Shown here: positions 42,361 to 55,089 of the stretch, in pieces
Layout: every line of letters starts with the position of its first letter
How positions within the stretch are numbered: the stretch's first letter is position 1
Assembly: GCF_009914755.1 (NCBI RefSeq)
Contig: NC_060926.1
Length of the DNA stretch: 64,000 bases
Direction: 5' to 3' (one strand)
From: the human T2T-CHM13v2.0 reference genome, Homo sapiens
The notes under the pieces: model-generated
Told to the model about the DNA's origin: nothing
Seen by the model: the letters and a program-made list of their open reading frames with translations, nothing else
The model's database searches: none
Position numbers and translations under genes: made by a program

Positions 42361-42782
42361 ACAACCAGGCCTTGGCTCTTAGATGGCATTTTGGGACATG
42401 CCCTGGACCAGAGTGGAAGCTCACTGCCCTAAAGGGTGAGTCCCAGGTCAGGCAGCATTCACCACAGAATTAAATTAATACCACAGAATTTAATTCTGTG
42501 GTATTAAAGGGATACCACAGAAATACACAAGTTCTTTAAATGCCACTATGAACAAAATCTATGAGATGCCTGGGCTGGCTTTGCAATTCCACTGTTCTAA
42601 AATATGTAGTCCAGAGGCCTGAAGATCATGCAGTCCAGCAGCCTGAAGTTCATCCAGTCCAGTCTACTACTACTGGCACTAGAGCACTCCTCCCAGAGGC
42701 CATAGGTTGGACCCACCCACCCTGCTATTACTACTACAGCTGCACTCACCTGCATGTACTACTTGCAGGCCTAGAGATGACT
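42361..42782 (+). other. Chimeric L1-derived patch: L1M 5'UTR piece, fold-back hairpin, ORF2 snippet and a copy of 48839-49055
   Basis: Direct alignment by eye to 52105-52149 (41/45) and 48839-49055 (about 90%); perfect inverted repeat at 42475-42507. Confidence 0.85.
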
Positions 42783-42982
42783 GGTTAATTGATAATCAGT
42801 GAACAGGAGACAATAAGGCAACCCAGAGATTAACAACAATAGAAGTCCCTACATTCTCCACTACTACACTAAAGAGACAAATTAAGAAGGTGGTTTTTAC
42901 CAGGGATCAAGAACCAGGATTATCTAGTGGAATCTAGGGCTGTGTTCACACTGACTTGTCAGCACATCCTTTCTATATAGGA

Positions 42983-43170
42983 CAGTGATTATCAAATTTT
43001 ATGTACATAAATGTTACATGAGCAATTGCTTAAAATGCAGGTTCCCAGAACTCACCACCAGAGATTCTGTTTCAGTAGAATCTAGTGGTATTAATCCCAG
43101 GAACATGTAAAACAAATGCCCCTTGGTGATTTTAATATATGTGGTCCCGGGGTCACATTTGTAAGTGCAT
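42983..43170. mobile_element. MER5A-like DNA transposon
   Basis: cagtgattatcaaa...ttaaaatgcaggttccc...agagattctgtttcagtag...ggtgatttt...gtcacatttg. Confidence 0.8.
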
Positions 43171-44336
43171 CGTTCAGGAGAGATTTTCATGGAAGGACAA
43201 ATCATAGCAAAACTGCTATTTGGAAAGAAATCAGCCCAATGTTGGGTGAGAAGTGATGGAATCAGAAAATGTTCTGAATGCATTAATTTTATGTTTCCAT
43301 TAATGCCTTTCTCTTCCATTGCTTTTCTTAGACTCTATGCTGATCACATTCTACCCCTCTCAAAAAAAAATTTGAACTTAAAGGTATATACTAATTAGGA
43401 TTCTTTAAGATTGCAAGTAATAGAGACAGATTCAGGTTGCCTCAGGATTTTGTACCAAGTAACTGAGGAGTAAAAAGAGCAAAGAAAACTATTTTAAATG
43501 ACAGCACAGCTGCTTCTGTAAAACTGAGATTGTAAACCATTATTTAGGACATTATATTTAACGTCAATTCTGGTGACCCAATAGAAGGTCTCATGACCTC
43601 GTCTTTTTTATACCCTCAGATACATGAGGTTTGCACCTCTACTTCCTTAGTCACTCTTATGACTCAGTTTTCTTATTACCTCCTTCTTTTTGTGTGCCTT
43701 TTTCTCTAACTCCACATCCTCCTCAAATGATTCATTCATTGCTAACTCTGAACTTAAAGCTATTTATCTCTTTGCATTCAAAGATGCCCAAAAATGTTGC
43801 AATCAAGTAAATGAGATAATGAGATAGTATCCTATATGGAGCCTATATTGAATAGAGGTCTCAGATTTGTTTAGGTTCTTCAGCAAGAATCATATTCCAG
43901 TCCTGCTTTAAGACTGCATGCCTCAATATTTCTTCACATGTTATTAATGGACAGTCACTCAAGTAATTTCAGCACATGATGAATTTTACCAATTTCATTT
44001 TGATTTTTTTCTAAAGTCCATCTCAAAATTATGAATACTTGACTGTTAAACACATGTGCTCACCAAATATTCAATACAGAAAATGAATTATCTGCTACTC
44101 AAATATTTCTACTAAAGATGTTTTCATAATATTATCTGTTTGCTTAATCTGTCATTGCAGATCATTTATCATTCCAAGAATCTTTCTAAGAAGCTAGCAA
44201 CTGCTTCACTAAAACATTAATTAATACATACTAATGATGTCTGAAAGATATGTAGAATATATATAATCATCTATTCTTTCTCCAATAGAATAGCTACACA
44301 AATATTTAAAAGCATCTATTATGGCTCTCTGAAGTC

Positions 44337-44630
44337 TTTTTTTTTTTTTTTTTTTTTTTTTTGAGGCAGAGTCTTGCTTCATCGCCCAGGCTGGAATGCA
44401 GTGACATGATCATGGCTCATTGCAGCCTCGACCTTCTGGGCTCAAGCAATCCTCCCACCTCAGCCTCCCAATTAGCCAGGACTACAGGAACACTTCATCA
44501 CACCCAGCTAATTTTTGTGTAGATATGGGGGTCTCACTGTGTTGTCCAGGCTAATCTCAAAATCAAGCAATCCCCCCAACTCAGCCTCCCAAAGCATTGG
44601 AATTAGAGGCATGAGCCACTGCACTCAGCT
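44337..44630 (-). mobile_element. AluJ
   Basis: gatcatggctcattgcagcctcgacc, gggctcaagcaatcctccc; TSD ctctgaagtc/ctcttaaatc. Confidence 0.92.
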
Positions 44631-44639
44631 CTCTTAAAT

Positions 44640-45200
44640 CTTTTTATCTCCAGACTAAATTCACCAAGTTCCTTTAATCTTTCCTCATGGGTCAGAGTTT
44701 TCAGACACTTCATTGTTCTGAACATACACTTATTTGCCAATGACTCTGTTACCTTGTGGTGTATAGTGTTAGAGAAAATATTTCAAGTGTGAATGCTTAG
44801 TAGATGGGGGTCCATTCTTTATATGGACATGATATTGGATTGATACAACTTACTACCATGTCATGATAATATTTTTAGCGGCATGATCAGGGTGTTGACA
44901 CATGCTGAACTTATCATGGTCAACAAAACACAAGACTTTACTATGATAGTACAAAGGTACTATCATACTGTTTCTTCCTAGTCATTACCTACACAATCAT
45001 TGTTTTATCTTTACTAATAAAGGCATAAATTGGCATTTGTTTCTCTTAAATTTTCTATTAATTTTATTCTATTACTGATTTTTGTAAGAGTGATTTGAAA
45101 TATTAAATCATTTAATTTTAGAACCAAAAATACATTTTCATCTGCAGAGTCAAAATAACCAGAGTTGACAAGATAATCTCTGTAGTCCAGAGTTATTTGA
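44640..45200 (-). mobile_element. L3/CR1 LINE relic
   Basis: ccagactaaattcaccaagttcctttaatctttcctcat...tgttgacacatgctgaactt...ggtcaacaaaa resembles antisense CR1 RT region. Confidence 0.55.
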
Positions 45201-45309
45201 CCTGCCCTATGCATCAATTCTGTAGTTCTCTAATCCTATACATGGGTTATCTAAATATCATAACTGTAACTAGTGAAACTAATTTGGTTTCCAGTTAGCA
45301 TTCACAGCC

Positions 45310-45815
45310 ACATGCATGATTCTGGAGGAGGACATAATGTTAAGTAAAAAAGTTAGACACAGAAAGATAAATGCTGCATGTTCTCATTCATATGTGGGAG
45401 CTGAAAAGAAAAATTTAGCTCATGGAAGTAAATAATATTATTGTGGTTATTAGAGGCTGGAAAGGGTAGGGGAGAGGTAGGAAGAGTATGATTAACAGAT
45501 ACAAAACCATAACTAGATGGGAGGAGTATGTTCTAGTGTACTATAGCACCTAGGGTGAATAGGTGTAACAATAATTTATTGTTTATTTTCATAAGCTAAA
45601 ATAGAGGATTTTGAATATTCACAGAACTAAGAAATAATAAATGTTTATGGTGATAGATATGCCAGTTACCCTAAATTAAGCATTACACATTGTCTGCATG
45701 AATCAAAATATCACTCTCTATCTTATAAATAGATAATTTATTTATATAAATAGATAATTTATTTTTCATTTATTTGTAGCTGACAATTATTACATGTCAG
45801 CTACAAATAAAGGAA
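45310..45815 (+). mobile_element. L1MA-type 3' end
   Basis: ctggaggaggacataatgttaagt...agaggattttgaatattc...atcaaaatatcac... Confidence 0.85.
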
Positions 45816-45926
45816 AAATGTATAAAAAGAGAAAAAGACATTAAATGAGTATAATATACAGCAAAAAGTGGAACAGAATGCATATGACTCTTTGAGCTGT
45901 AGAATATATATTCTACCATATATCTC

Positions 45927-46355
45927 GATCACAACAGATGAATGAATAAACATAATAGGGCATATACATACAATGGAATAGTAGCAGCCTTAAGAAGTAA
46001 AAACATTCTGAGACATGCTAAAACATAGATTAATCTTGAATACCTTATGCTAATAAGTGAAATAAGCCAGTCACAAAAGACAAATAATGTACAGTTCTAC
46101 TCATATGAGGTGCTTAAAGTCATCAAATTCATGGAGACAGAAAGATGATGATTGCCAGAGGATGGGGTCATGGGTAATGGGGAGTTGTTTAATGAGTATG
46201 ATGCTTCAGTTTTGCTAGACGAAAAATAGTCTGTGGATGGATAATGATGGTGAGTGTTGCACAACAATGTCAATTTACTTAATGCTACTGAACTGTACAA
46301 TAAAAATGGTAAAAATGATAAATTTCATGTTATGTACATTTTACCAGCGTTTTCA
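45927..46355 (+). mobile_element. L1MB-type 3' end
   Basis: gaaataagccagtcacaaaagacaaata...gtcatcaaattcatggagacagaaag...ggtgagtgttgcacaacaatg. Confidence 0.85.
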
Positions 46356-46359
46356 AAAA

Positions 46360-47477
46360 TACTCTTCTAGACATTGGCCTGGACAAATAATTTTTATTAA
46401 TAGCTCAAAGCAAATGCAACAAAGTTAAAAATAAACAAATGCGATTCAATTAAACAAAAGAGCTTCTGCATAGCAAAAGAAGCTCTAAATAGAACAAACA
46501 GACAACCACAGAATGGGAGTAAATATTTGCAAACTATACATTCAATGAAGGACGAATATTTGAATTTATAAAGAACTTAAATGAATCAACAAGAAAAAAG
46601 CAAAGAACTCTGTTAAAAAGTGGGTAAAGGATATAAACAGACACTTCTCAAAAGGCATACATACAGCCAAGAAACATTTAAAAATGCTCAACATCGCTAA
46701 TTATCAAAGAACCACAAATCAAAACCACAATAAGCTACTATCTCACACCAGTCAGAATGGCAATTATTACAAAGTCAAAAATAACAGAAGATGGCAAGGC
46801 TGTGGAGAAAAGGTAATGCTTATGCACTTCTGGTGAGAATGTAAATTAGTTCAGCCAATGAGGAAAACAGCCTGGAGATTTCTCAAAGAATTAAAAATAG
46901 AACTAACATTAGACCCAGCAGTTTCACTACTGGGTATATACCCAAAGAAAAATAAATTATTCTACCAAAAAAGATATATTCACTTGTATGTTCATTGCAG
47001 CATTATTCACAATAGTAATGACATGGAATCAACCTAGATGCCCATCAGTGGGTGTGCTGGATAAAGAAAAATTGGTACATATACATAACGGGTTACTATG
47101 CAGCCATGAAAAAAAAAAGCAAAATCATGTCCTTTGCAGCAACATGGATATAGCTGCTGGCTGTTATCCTAAGCAAATTAATGCAGAAACAGAAAACCAA
47201 ATATTACATGTTCTCATTTATAAGTGAGCCGAGATCGTGCCACTGCACTCCAGCCTGGGCGAAAAAGTGAGACTCTGTTTCAAAAAAAAAAAAAAAAAAA
47301 AAAAAACTTCCTATTGACTATGTGATGGGATCAATAAAACCCAAACTAAAAAAATAACTTCCCTATCTAACTATGTGATGGGATCAATAAAGCCCAAACT
47401 TCAGCACCACACAATATGCCCTCATAACAAACCTGCACATGTACCCCCGAGTCTAAATAAATATGGAAATTAAAAAT
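46360..47477 (+). mobile_element. L1PA15/16-like 3' portion with an embedded Alu 3' fragment (47223-47306)
   Basis: ORF2 C-terminal text; 3'UTR end aacaaacctgcacatgtaccccc...tctaaataaa; Alu piece agtgagccgagatcgtgcc...A25. Confidence 0.88.
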
Positions 47478-47503
47478 ACTACTAATAAATAAATAATAAT
47501 TGA

Positions 47504-47813
47504 AGCCACATGGTGGCTTATGCTTATAATCCCAGCAATTTCAGAGGCCAAAATGGGAAGATTACTGCTTGAGGCCAGGAGTTCGAGACTAGCCTAGGAA
47601 ATATAGTGACAGCCTGTGTATAACAAAAAAAAAATCTGAAAATTAGCCAGTTGTAGTGGTGGACACCTGTAGTCCCCACTACTCAGGAGGCTGAGGCAGC
47701 AAAATCCCTTGAACCCAGGAGTTTGAGGCTGCAGTGAGCTGCAATTATGACACTGCAGTTCTGGCCTGGGCAACACAGCCAGATCCAGTCTCGAAATAGT
47801 AATAATAAGAAAC
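47504..47813 (+). mobile_element. AluJ
   Basis: cttgaggccaggagttcgagactagcc...cccaggagtttgaggctgcagtgagct. Confidence 0.88.
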
Positions 47814-48039
47814 AATTTTTAAAAATAAAACTACAATTAAGCTGATATCTGACATGTTAGAATCAAATCATGTTCTTAATTTTCTTTACACCTTTTTAAG
47901 GTATGATCTTTCCATGGCATGATCTAAAACCATTTTTCTTACACTTGGTTTAAGGACTTCATTACACTCTTCAAAATTATTGAGGGGACTTCTGTATCTG
48001 GTCAAGATGGAAACAGGTAAATCCACTATAAAATATCTT

Positions 48040-48725
48040 TTTGGCCACAAAACAAGTCACAATAAATTTAAAATCATATAAATTATATTCTCTTACTAAA
48101 ATGGAGTTAAATTAGAAATCAATAACTAAAAGTTATCTGAAATACCCCTTAACTACTTGCTAACTGAACACTTATTAACATCCCATGGTTTGAAGAAGAA
48201 TTGAAAGAGAACATTAGAGAGTATTTTGAACAGAATGAAAATGGAAACAAAATATACTAATATTTATAGATACAGCTAAAACAATATTTAGAGAGAAATT
48301 TATGGCACTAAAACACACACATTTAAAAGAAAAAAAGTTTCAGCTTAGCTTCTACCTTAATAATAGAGAAAACAACATACTAAACCCAAAGTAAGCAGTC
48401 AAAAAAATAAAATAAAGACAAAAAATAAAGACCAAAAAAAAGATGAAGTAGAAAACAGATAAAAACAATAGAGCAAAGTCAATGAATTTGTTTAACTTTT
48501 AAAAAAGTAAGAAAACTCCATCCAGACTAATCAGAAAAGAGAAAATATGCTAATTAACTATGTCAAGGTTGAGATAGGTGATGTCACCAAAAAACTGACA
48601 GATATTACAATTACAACTTTATGCCAATGAATTTGACATCTTAGATAAAATTAACAGTTTCTTAAAAGACATAAATTACTAAAGTTCACTTCAGAACAAT
48701 TAGATAACCTGCATATTTCTATACC
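48040..48725 (+). mobile_element. Old L1M ORF2 fragment (host, left part)
   Basis: aatggagttaaattagaaatcaataac...gagaaatttatggcactaaa...tttgacatcttagataaaat. Confidence 0.75.
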
Positions 48726-51700
48726 CATACAATCACTGCCCCACCTAAACTGACACTACATGGTGGCCTGGGGATCATCCCATCACTGCCTACTACAGCC
48801 ATTACCTGCATGTACCACCATAGGACCTAAGGAAAAGAATGCCTGAGCTGGCTTTGCAATCCACTGTTCTAAGATATGCAGTCCAGGGGCCTGAAGATCA
48901 TGCAGTTCAGGGGCCTGAAGTTCATCCAGTCCAGTCTACCCCTACTGGCACTTTAGCACTCCTCCCAGAGGCCGTAGGTTGGACCCACCCACCCTGCTAT
49001 TACTACTACAGCTGGCACCCAATTCCATGTACTACCTGCAGGCCTAGAGGAGACTTAAAATCCCATCACAGCCATCACCAACACCAGCAAGCACCACTCA
49101 AGACCCAGTGGTCACTGCCACTGACATCACTCATGCCACACCTGCGGTCCAGGGGCTGTAAAGCTGCTCATCCATCTGGCCCATCACTACCACTAATACC
49201 TTCTGAGCAAGCCACCTGGAGGCCTAAGAATTGACCTACCTGGATGTACTAACACTGATACCAGCATATGTCACTCTGGTGCCCAAGGACAGACACAGTC
49301 AGCCCACTGTTGCCACCACTGGGACTCAAAGTCTGGCCCACCTAGTGCCCCAGTCCCCAACAAAGCTTCACTACAGCCACCACTAAAAACTGTACCCTAT
49401 CCCACCAAGGAAATCACAGACACCACAGATGCTATTTACATCTGAGAAATCATGCAGAGACTACACTACTCATGCACCTAGAATCAAAGACAAAGTGCCA
49501 TATCCAGCGAACACCATAGATACATCTTCAGGAAAAAGTCTTCCTCTACTAAAGCAAATTCAAAAAATAGGGAGAAATGACTGTTTCACCAGATGCTCAG
49601 ATATCAATATAAACACACAAGAAACATAAAAAGGCAAGAAAATATGACACCACCAAGTGAACACAATAATTCTCCAGCAACAGATCCCAACTAAAAATAA
49701 ATTTATGAAATCCTGGAACGAGAATTCAAAATATTGATTTTAAAGAAAGTCAGTGAGATAAAAGAGAATGCTATAAACAATACAAAAGTCAGAAAACCAA
49801 TTTAGAAAGTAAATGGGAAATTAGCAAAGGGATAGATATTATTTAAAAGAATCAAACAGAAATTCTGGAACTAAATAATTCATTCAATGAAATACAAAAT
49901 ATATTTTTAAACAACAACAATAGATGAGATCAGTCAGAAGAAATAATTTCAGAATGTGAAGACAGGTCTTTTGAAATAACCCAGTGAGACAAAAAATGGA
50001 GACCTGGGAATCATGCCATCCCTGCTTAACACAGCCAGCTCCTATATGTATACCACCAGGGTGCCAGAGGACAAAACACACAGCCTGGCTTTGCAACTCC
50101 TTTGTGCCAAAGCATGCTGTCCAAGGGCCTTGGAATTGCCCAGCCCAGGCTACTACTGAGAAAAAAGAATTAAAAAATTAAAAAGAACAAAAAAGAATGA
50201 ACAAAGACCACATGAAATATAGAATATCATAAAGTAACCAAATGTTTGAATTCGTGGAGTCCCAGAGGCTAAGAGAAAGCACTAGTGTTAGAAAACATTT
50301 TTTAAAATACATTAAAAGCTTTCCAAGTCTAGCAGGAGATTTAGACATCCAGATATAGGAGGCTCAGAGACCCCCAAATGAATACAATGCAAAAAGGTCT
50401 TCTCCATGATATATTATAGTCAAACTGTCAAAAGTCAAAACCAAGAACAGAATACTAAAAACAGCAAAAGAAAAGCATCTAGCCATCTATAAAGAAATCC
50501 TCCTTAGATTAACAGTGGATTTCTCAGCAGAAACCTTACAGGCCAGGAATGAATGGGATGATATATTTAAAATGCCAAAAGAAACAACTGGCAGCCAAAA
50601 ATAGTATATTCAGGAAAGTTACTCTTCATGAATGAAGAAGAAATAAAGTTTTTCCCAGATAAGCAAAGGCTGAGGCAATTCATTACCAATAGACCAACCC
50701 TACTAGAAATGCTTCAGGAAGTCCTACACCTGGAATTGAAAAAATGATATCTACTATGAAGAAAACACACGAAAAAATTGTTTCAAACACTGGTAGAGCA
50801 AACACACAAGGAAGAAAGAGAAAAGACTCTAATGTTAGCATTATAGAAATCACTAAATCACAATAATAAACAATAAAAGAGAGAGAGGAGAAAAAATGTT
50901 ATATAAAACCACCAGAAATCAATTAATAAACCACAAGAACTAGGCCATCAGATATTAGTAATAACCTTGAATGTAAACAGATTAAACTTGCCACTTTAAA
51001 GATAGATTGGATGAATGAATTATCAGCCATGACCCAACAATATTCTGCCTACACAACACATCCCACTTGTAAGATACATATAGAGAGAAAGTAAAAAAAT
51101 GGAAAAAGGTATTTCATGCGAACAAACACCAAAACCAGCAGGGGTATACTTATATCAGATAAAACAGACTTTAAGTCAAAAGCAGTAAAATAAAATACAA
51201 GAAGGTCATTATATAACAATAAAGAGATCAATTCAGCAATAGACTATAACAATTCTAAACATATATTCACCCAACACCAGAGTACCCAGATATATAAAGC
51301 AAATATTACCAAATTTAAAGGGAGAGGTAGACTCCGATACAGTAATAGTGAGGGAGTTCAACAGCCCATTCTCAGCCCTAGACAGAATATCTAGGCAGAA
51401 AATTAAGAAGGATGCATTGGATTTAAACTGCACCTTAGACCAAACAGATATTTACAGAATATTTCATCCAGCAGCTATGGAATACACATTTTTCTCATGA
51501 GCACATGGAATATTCTCCAGGATAGGAAATATGTTAGGCCATGAAACAAGGCTCAACAAATTTTAAAAATCAAATGAAATATATTTTCAGATCACAATGG
51601 AATAAAACTATAAATCAATAACAAGAGGAACTTTGAAAGCTGTATAAATGCATGGAAATTAAAGCATATGTTCTTGAATGACTATTAAGTCATCTAAGAA

Positions 51701-53464
51701 ATTAAGGAGATAATTTTAAAAATTCTTGAAACAAATGAAAATTGAAACAATACAGGAAAACCTGTGAGATATAGCAAAAGGAGTGTGAAGAGGAAAATTT
51801 ATAGCAATAAAAACACTGAATCAAAAAAGTAGAAAATTTTAAAATAAGCAATCTAACAATATACCTCAAGGAGCTAGAAAAGCAAGGACAAACCAAAGCC
51901 AAAATTAATAGAAGGAAAGAAATAATAAAAATTAGCACAGAACTAAACAAACAAACAAAAAGACTAAAAGAACAAAAGTTCAATAAAATGAAAAGTTGGT
52001 TTTTTGAAAAGATAAACAAAACCAATAAACCACTTGCTATACTAAACAAGAGAGAGAGACCCGAATAAACAAAATCAGAAATGAAAAAAGGAGACATTAC
52101 AACTGATACCACAGAAATACAAAAGTTCTTTAAATACCACTGTAAACAACAATATGCTAACAAACTGGAAAACCTAGAAGCGGATAAATTCCTGGGCACA
52201 TACAACCTACTATGATGGAACCAGGAAGAAACAGAAAACCTGAACAGACTGATATGAGTAATGAGATTGAATTGGTAATAAAAAGTCTTCCAACATAGAA
52301 GGGTTCAGGACTGAATGACTTCACTAACAAATTCTACCAAACTTTCAAGGAAGAATAAACACCAATTATTCTCAAACTATTCTAAAACATTGAAAGAGAG
52401 AATTCACCCTAGCTCATTCTACAAGGCCAGCATTTCTATACACCAATAATGATCCAGCTGAAGACCATATCAAGAAACCAATTCTATTTATAATAGCTAA
52501 AAAAATAAAATAAAATACCTGGGAGTAATTTAACCAAGGAAGTGAAAGATCTCTACAAGAAAAGCTATAAAATTCTAATGAAGTTGAAGAAGATAAAACA
52601 AAAAACAAATACATCCTATGCTCATGGATCAGATGGATTAAAATTGTTTAAATTATCATACTGCCCATAGAAATCTACATATTTAAATGCAATTCCTATT
52701 AAAATACCAATTCCATTTTACACGGAAATAGAAAAAGTAATTCTAAAATTTGTAAGAAACCAAAAAAGAGCCCAAATAGTCAAAGCAATCCTGAGGAAAA
52801 ATAAAAAAGCTGGAGGTATCATGCTAACCAACTTCAAAATATATCACAAGACTGTAGTAACCAAAACAGCATAGTATTGATATAAAAACAGAGACACATA
52901 CATATAGATCAATGGAATAAAGATAGAGTCTAGAAATAAATACGCTTATTTGCAGCCAACTGATTTTTTACAAAGATGCCAAGAACATGCATTGAGGAAA
53001 GGATGCCCTCTTCAATAAATGGTGCTGGCAAAATTGGATATCCTTGGGCAGAAAGATAAAACTGGACCCCTATCTTTCACCATATACAAAAATCAAATCA
53101 AAATAGATTAAAGATTTAAATGTAAGACCTGAAACTATACAATGACAAGAAGAAAACATATAGAGAAAAAACTTCAGGACATTGGTTTAGGCAAAGATTT
53201 TGTGGCTAAGGCCTTAAAAGCATAGATAACAAAAGCAAAATAGACAAATGAGACTTTATTAAACTAAAAAATTTCTGTGCAACATAGGAAAAAACAGAAT
53301 GAAGAGATAACCTGTTGAATGGAAGAAAGTATTTCCAAACTGTTTATCAAATAAGAGACTAATATCCAGAGTATGTAAGAAACTCAATAGTGTCTATAAA
53401 CAAATAATCCCAGTTAAAAATGGGCAAATAATATGAATAGACATTTCTTTAAAAAAGTTGTTTT

Positions 53465-53757
53465 GGCCAAGTGTAGTGGCCCACACCTGTAATCCTGGCA
53501 CTTTCGGAGGCAGAGATGGGTAGATCACTTGAGGCTAGGACTTGGAGACCAGCCTGGCCAACATGGCAAAACCCCATCTCTACTAAAAATACAAAAATTA
53601 GCCAAGCGTGATGGTGCATGCCTGTAATCCAAGCTATTCAGAAGGCTGATGCATGAGAATCGCTTCAACCTGGGAGACAGAGGTTGCAGTGAGTTGAGAT
53701 CACACCGCTGCTCCAGACTGGGTGACAGAGCAAGACTCTCTCTCAAAAAAAAAAAGA
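53465..53757 (+). mobile_element. AluS
   Basis: Full dimer ggccaagtgtagtggc...ctcaaaaaaaaaa. Confidence 0.92.
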
Positions 53758-53773
53758 GGAAGAAGAAGAAGAT

Positions 53774-54160
53774 TGTATTAAGCCATTCTTACATTGCTAT
53801 AAAGAAATGTCTAAGATTGGGTAATTTATAAAGAAAAAAGGCTCAGGATTCTGCAGGCTGTACAAGCATGAAAGTGGCATCTTCTCAGCTTCTGGGAGTC
53901 CTCCGGGAGCTTTTAATCATGGTGGAAGGTAAAACAGGAGGAATTGTCTCATTTGGCAAGAGCAGGAGCAAAAGAGGGAGAGTGAGCATTAGGTGCCACT
54001 CACTAACCTGAGCTCACTCATCACCAAGAGGATAAATATTAAGCCGCTCATGGGGAATACACTTCCATGATCCAAACACCTCCCAGAAGGTCCCAACTCC
54101 AACACTGGGGGTTATATTTTAGCATGAGATTTGGTAGGGACACAGATCCAAACCATATCA
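53774..54160 (-). mobile_element. MSTB-like solo LTR
   Basis: tgtattaagccattcttacattgctataaag...gatccaaaccatatca; perfect TSD aagat/aagat. Confidence 0.92.
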
Positions 54161-55089
54161 AAGATACAAAAATGGCCAAGAAGTAGATGAAAAAATGCCC
54201 AACATCATTAATCATCAGTGAAATGCAAACCAAAACCACGAGATATCATCTTATCCCAGTTAGAATGGTTATCATTAAAAAGGCAAAAAAACAGATGCTG
54301 ATGAGCCTACAGAGCAAAGGGGACTCATACACTGTTGGTGGGAATGTAAAATACTGCAGCCACTATGGAAAATAGTATGGAGATTTCTCAACAAACTAAA
54401 AATAGAACTACCATACAACCCAGCAACCCCACTATTAATTATTCAAAAAAAATCATTATACAAAGGGATACCTGCACTCACATATTTACTGAAGCACTAT
54501 TCACAATAGCAAAGATATGGAATCAAACTAAGTGTCCATCAATGGACAAATGGATAAAGAAAATGTGGTATCCATACACATTGGAATACTATTTAGCCAT
54601 AAAAAATGAAATCATGTCAGTTTCAGCAACATGGATGGGATTGGAGGGTCATTATGTTAAATGAAAAAAGCTGGGCACATAAAGACAAACATGTCATGTT
54701 ATCAGTATATGTGAGAGCTGGAAAAGTTAATATCATGTAGGTACAGAATAGAATGATAGATACCAGAGGATGAGAAGGATGTGTAGGTGACAGAGGCAAT
54801 GAAGAGAGGCTGGTTAATGGGTACAAATCTACAGGTAGATAGAAGATGTAAGTTCCAATATTGATGGCATAGTAGTATGACTATAGTTAGATACAATGTA
54901 TTGTCTATTTCAAAGTAGCTAGAATAATGGACTTGAAATGTTCCCAACACATAGAGATGATATATGCTCAAGGTAATGGATACTCCAAATTCCCTGACTT
55001 GATCATTACACATCCTGTTCATGTAAGAAATAATCACATGTACTCCATAAATATGTTAAATATATATATCAATAAAAATAATAAATATA

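Larger units (their letters stand above)
48730..55085 (+). mobile_element. Near-full-length L1MA-type LINE-1, decayed; interrupted by AluS and an MST LTR
   Basis: Repetitive 5'UTR (48730-49640), ORF1 remnant (atgacaccacc at about 49644), ORF2 remnant, and 3'UTR ending atatatcaataaaaata. Confidence 0.9.

Noticed and set aside
42561-49234. Similar peptides from ORFs 42561..42788, 48839..49234 and 49984..50181 as a small gene family
   Set aside because: The similarity comes from duplicated L1 5'UTR DNA, and indels between the copies shift the frames.
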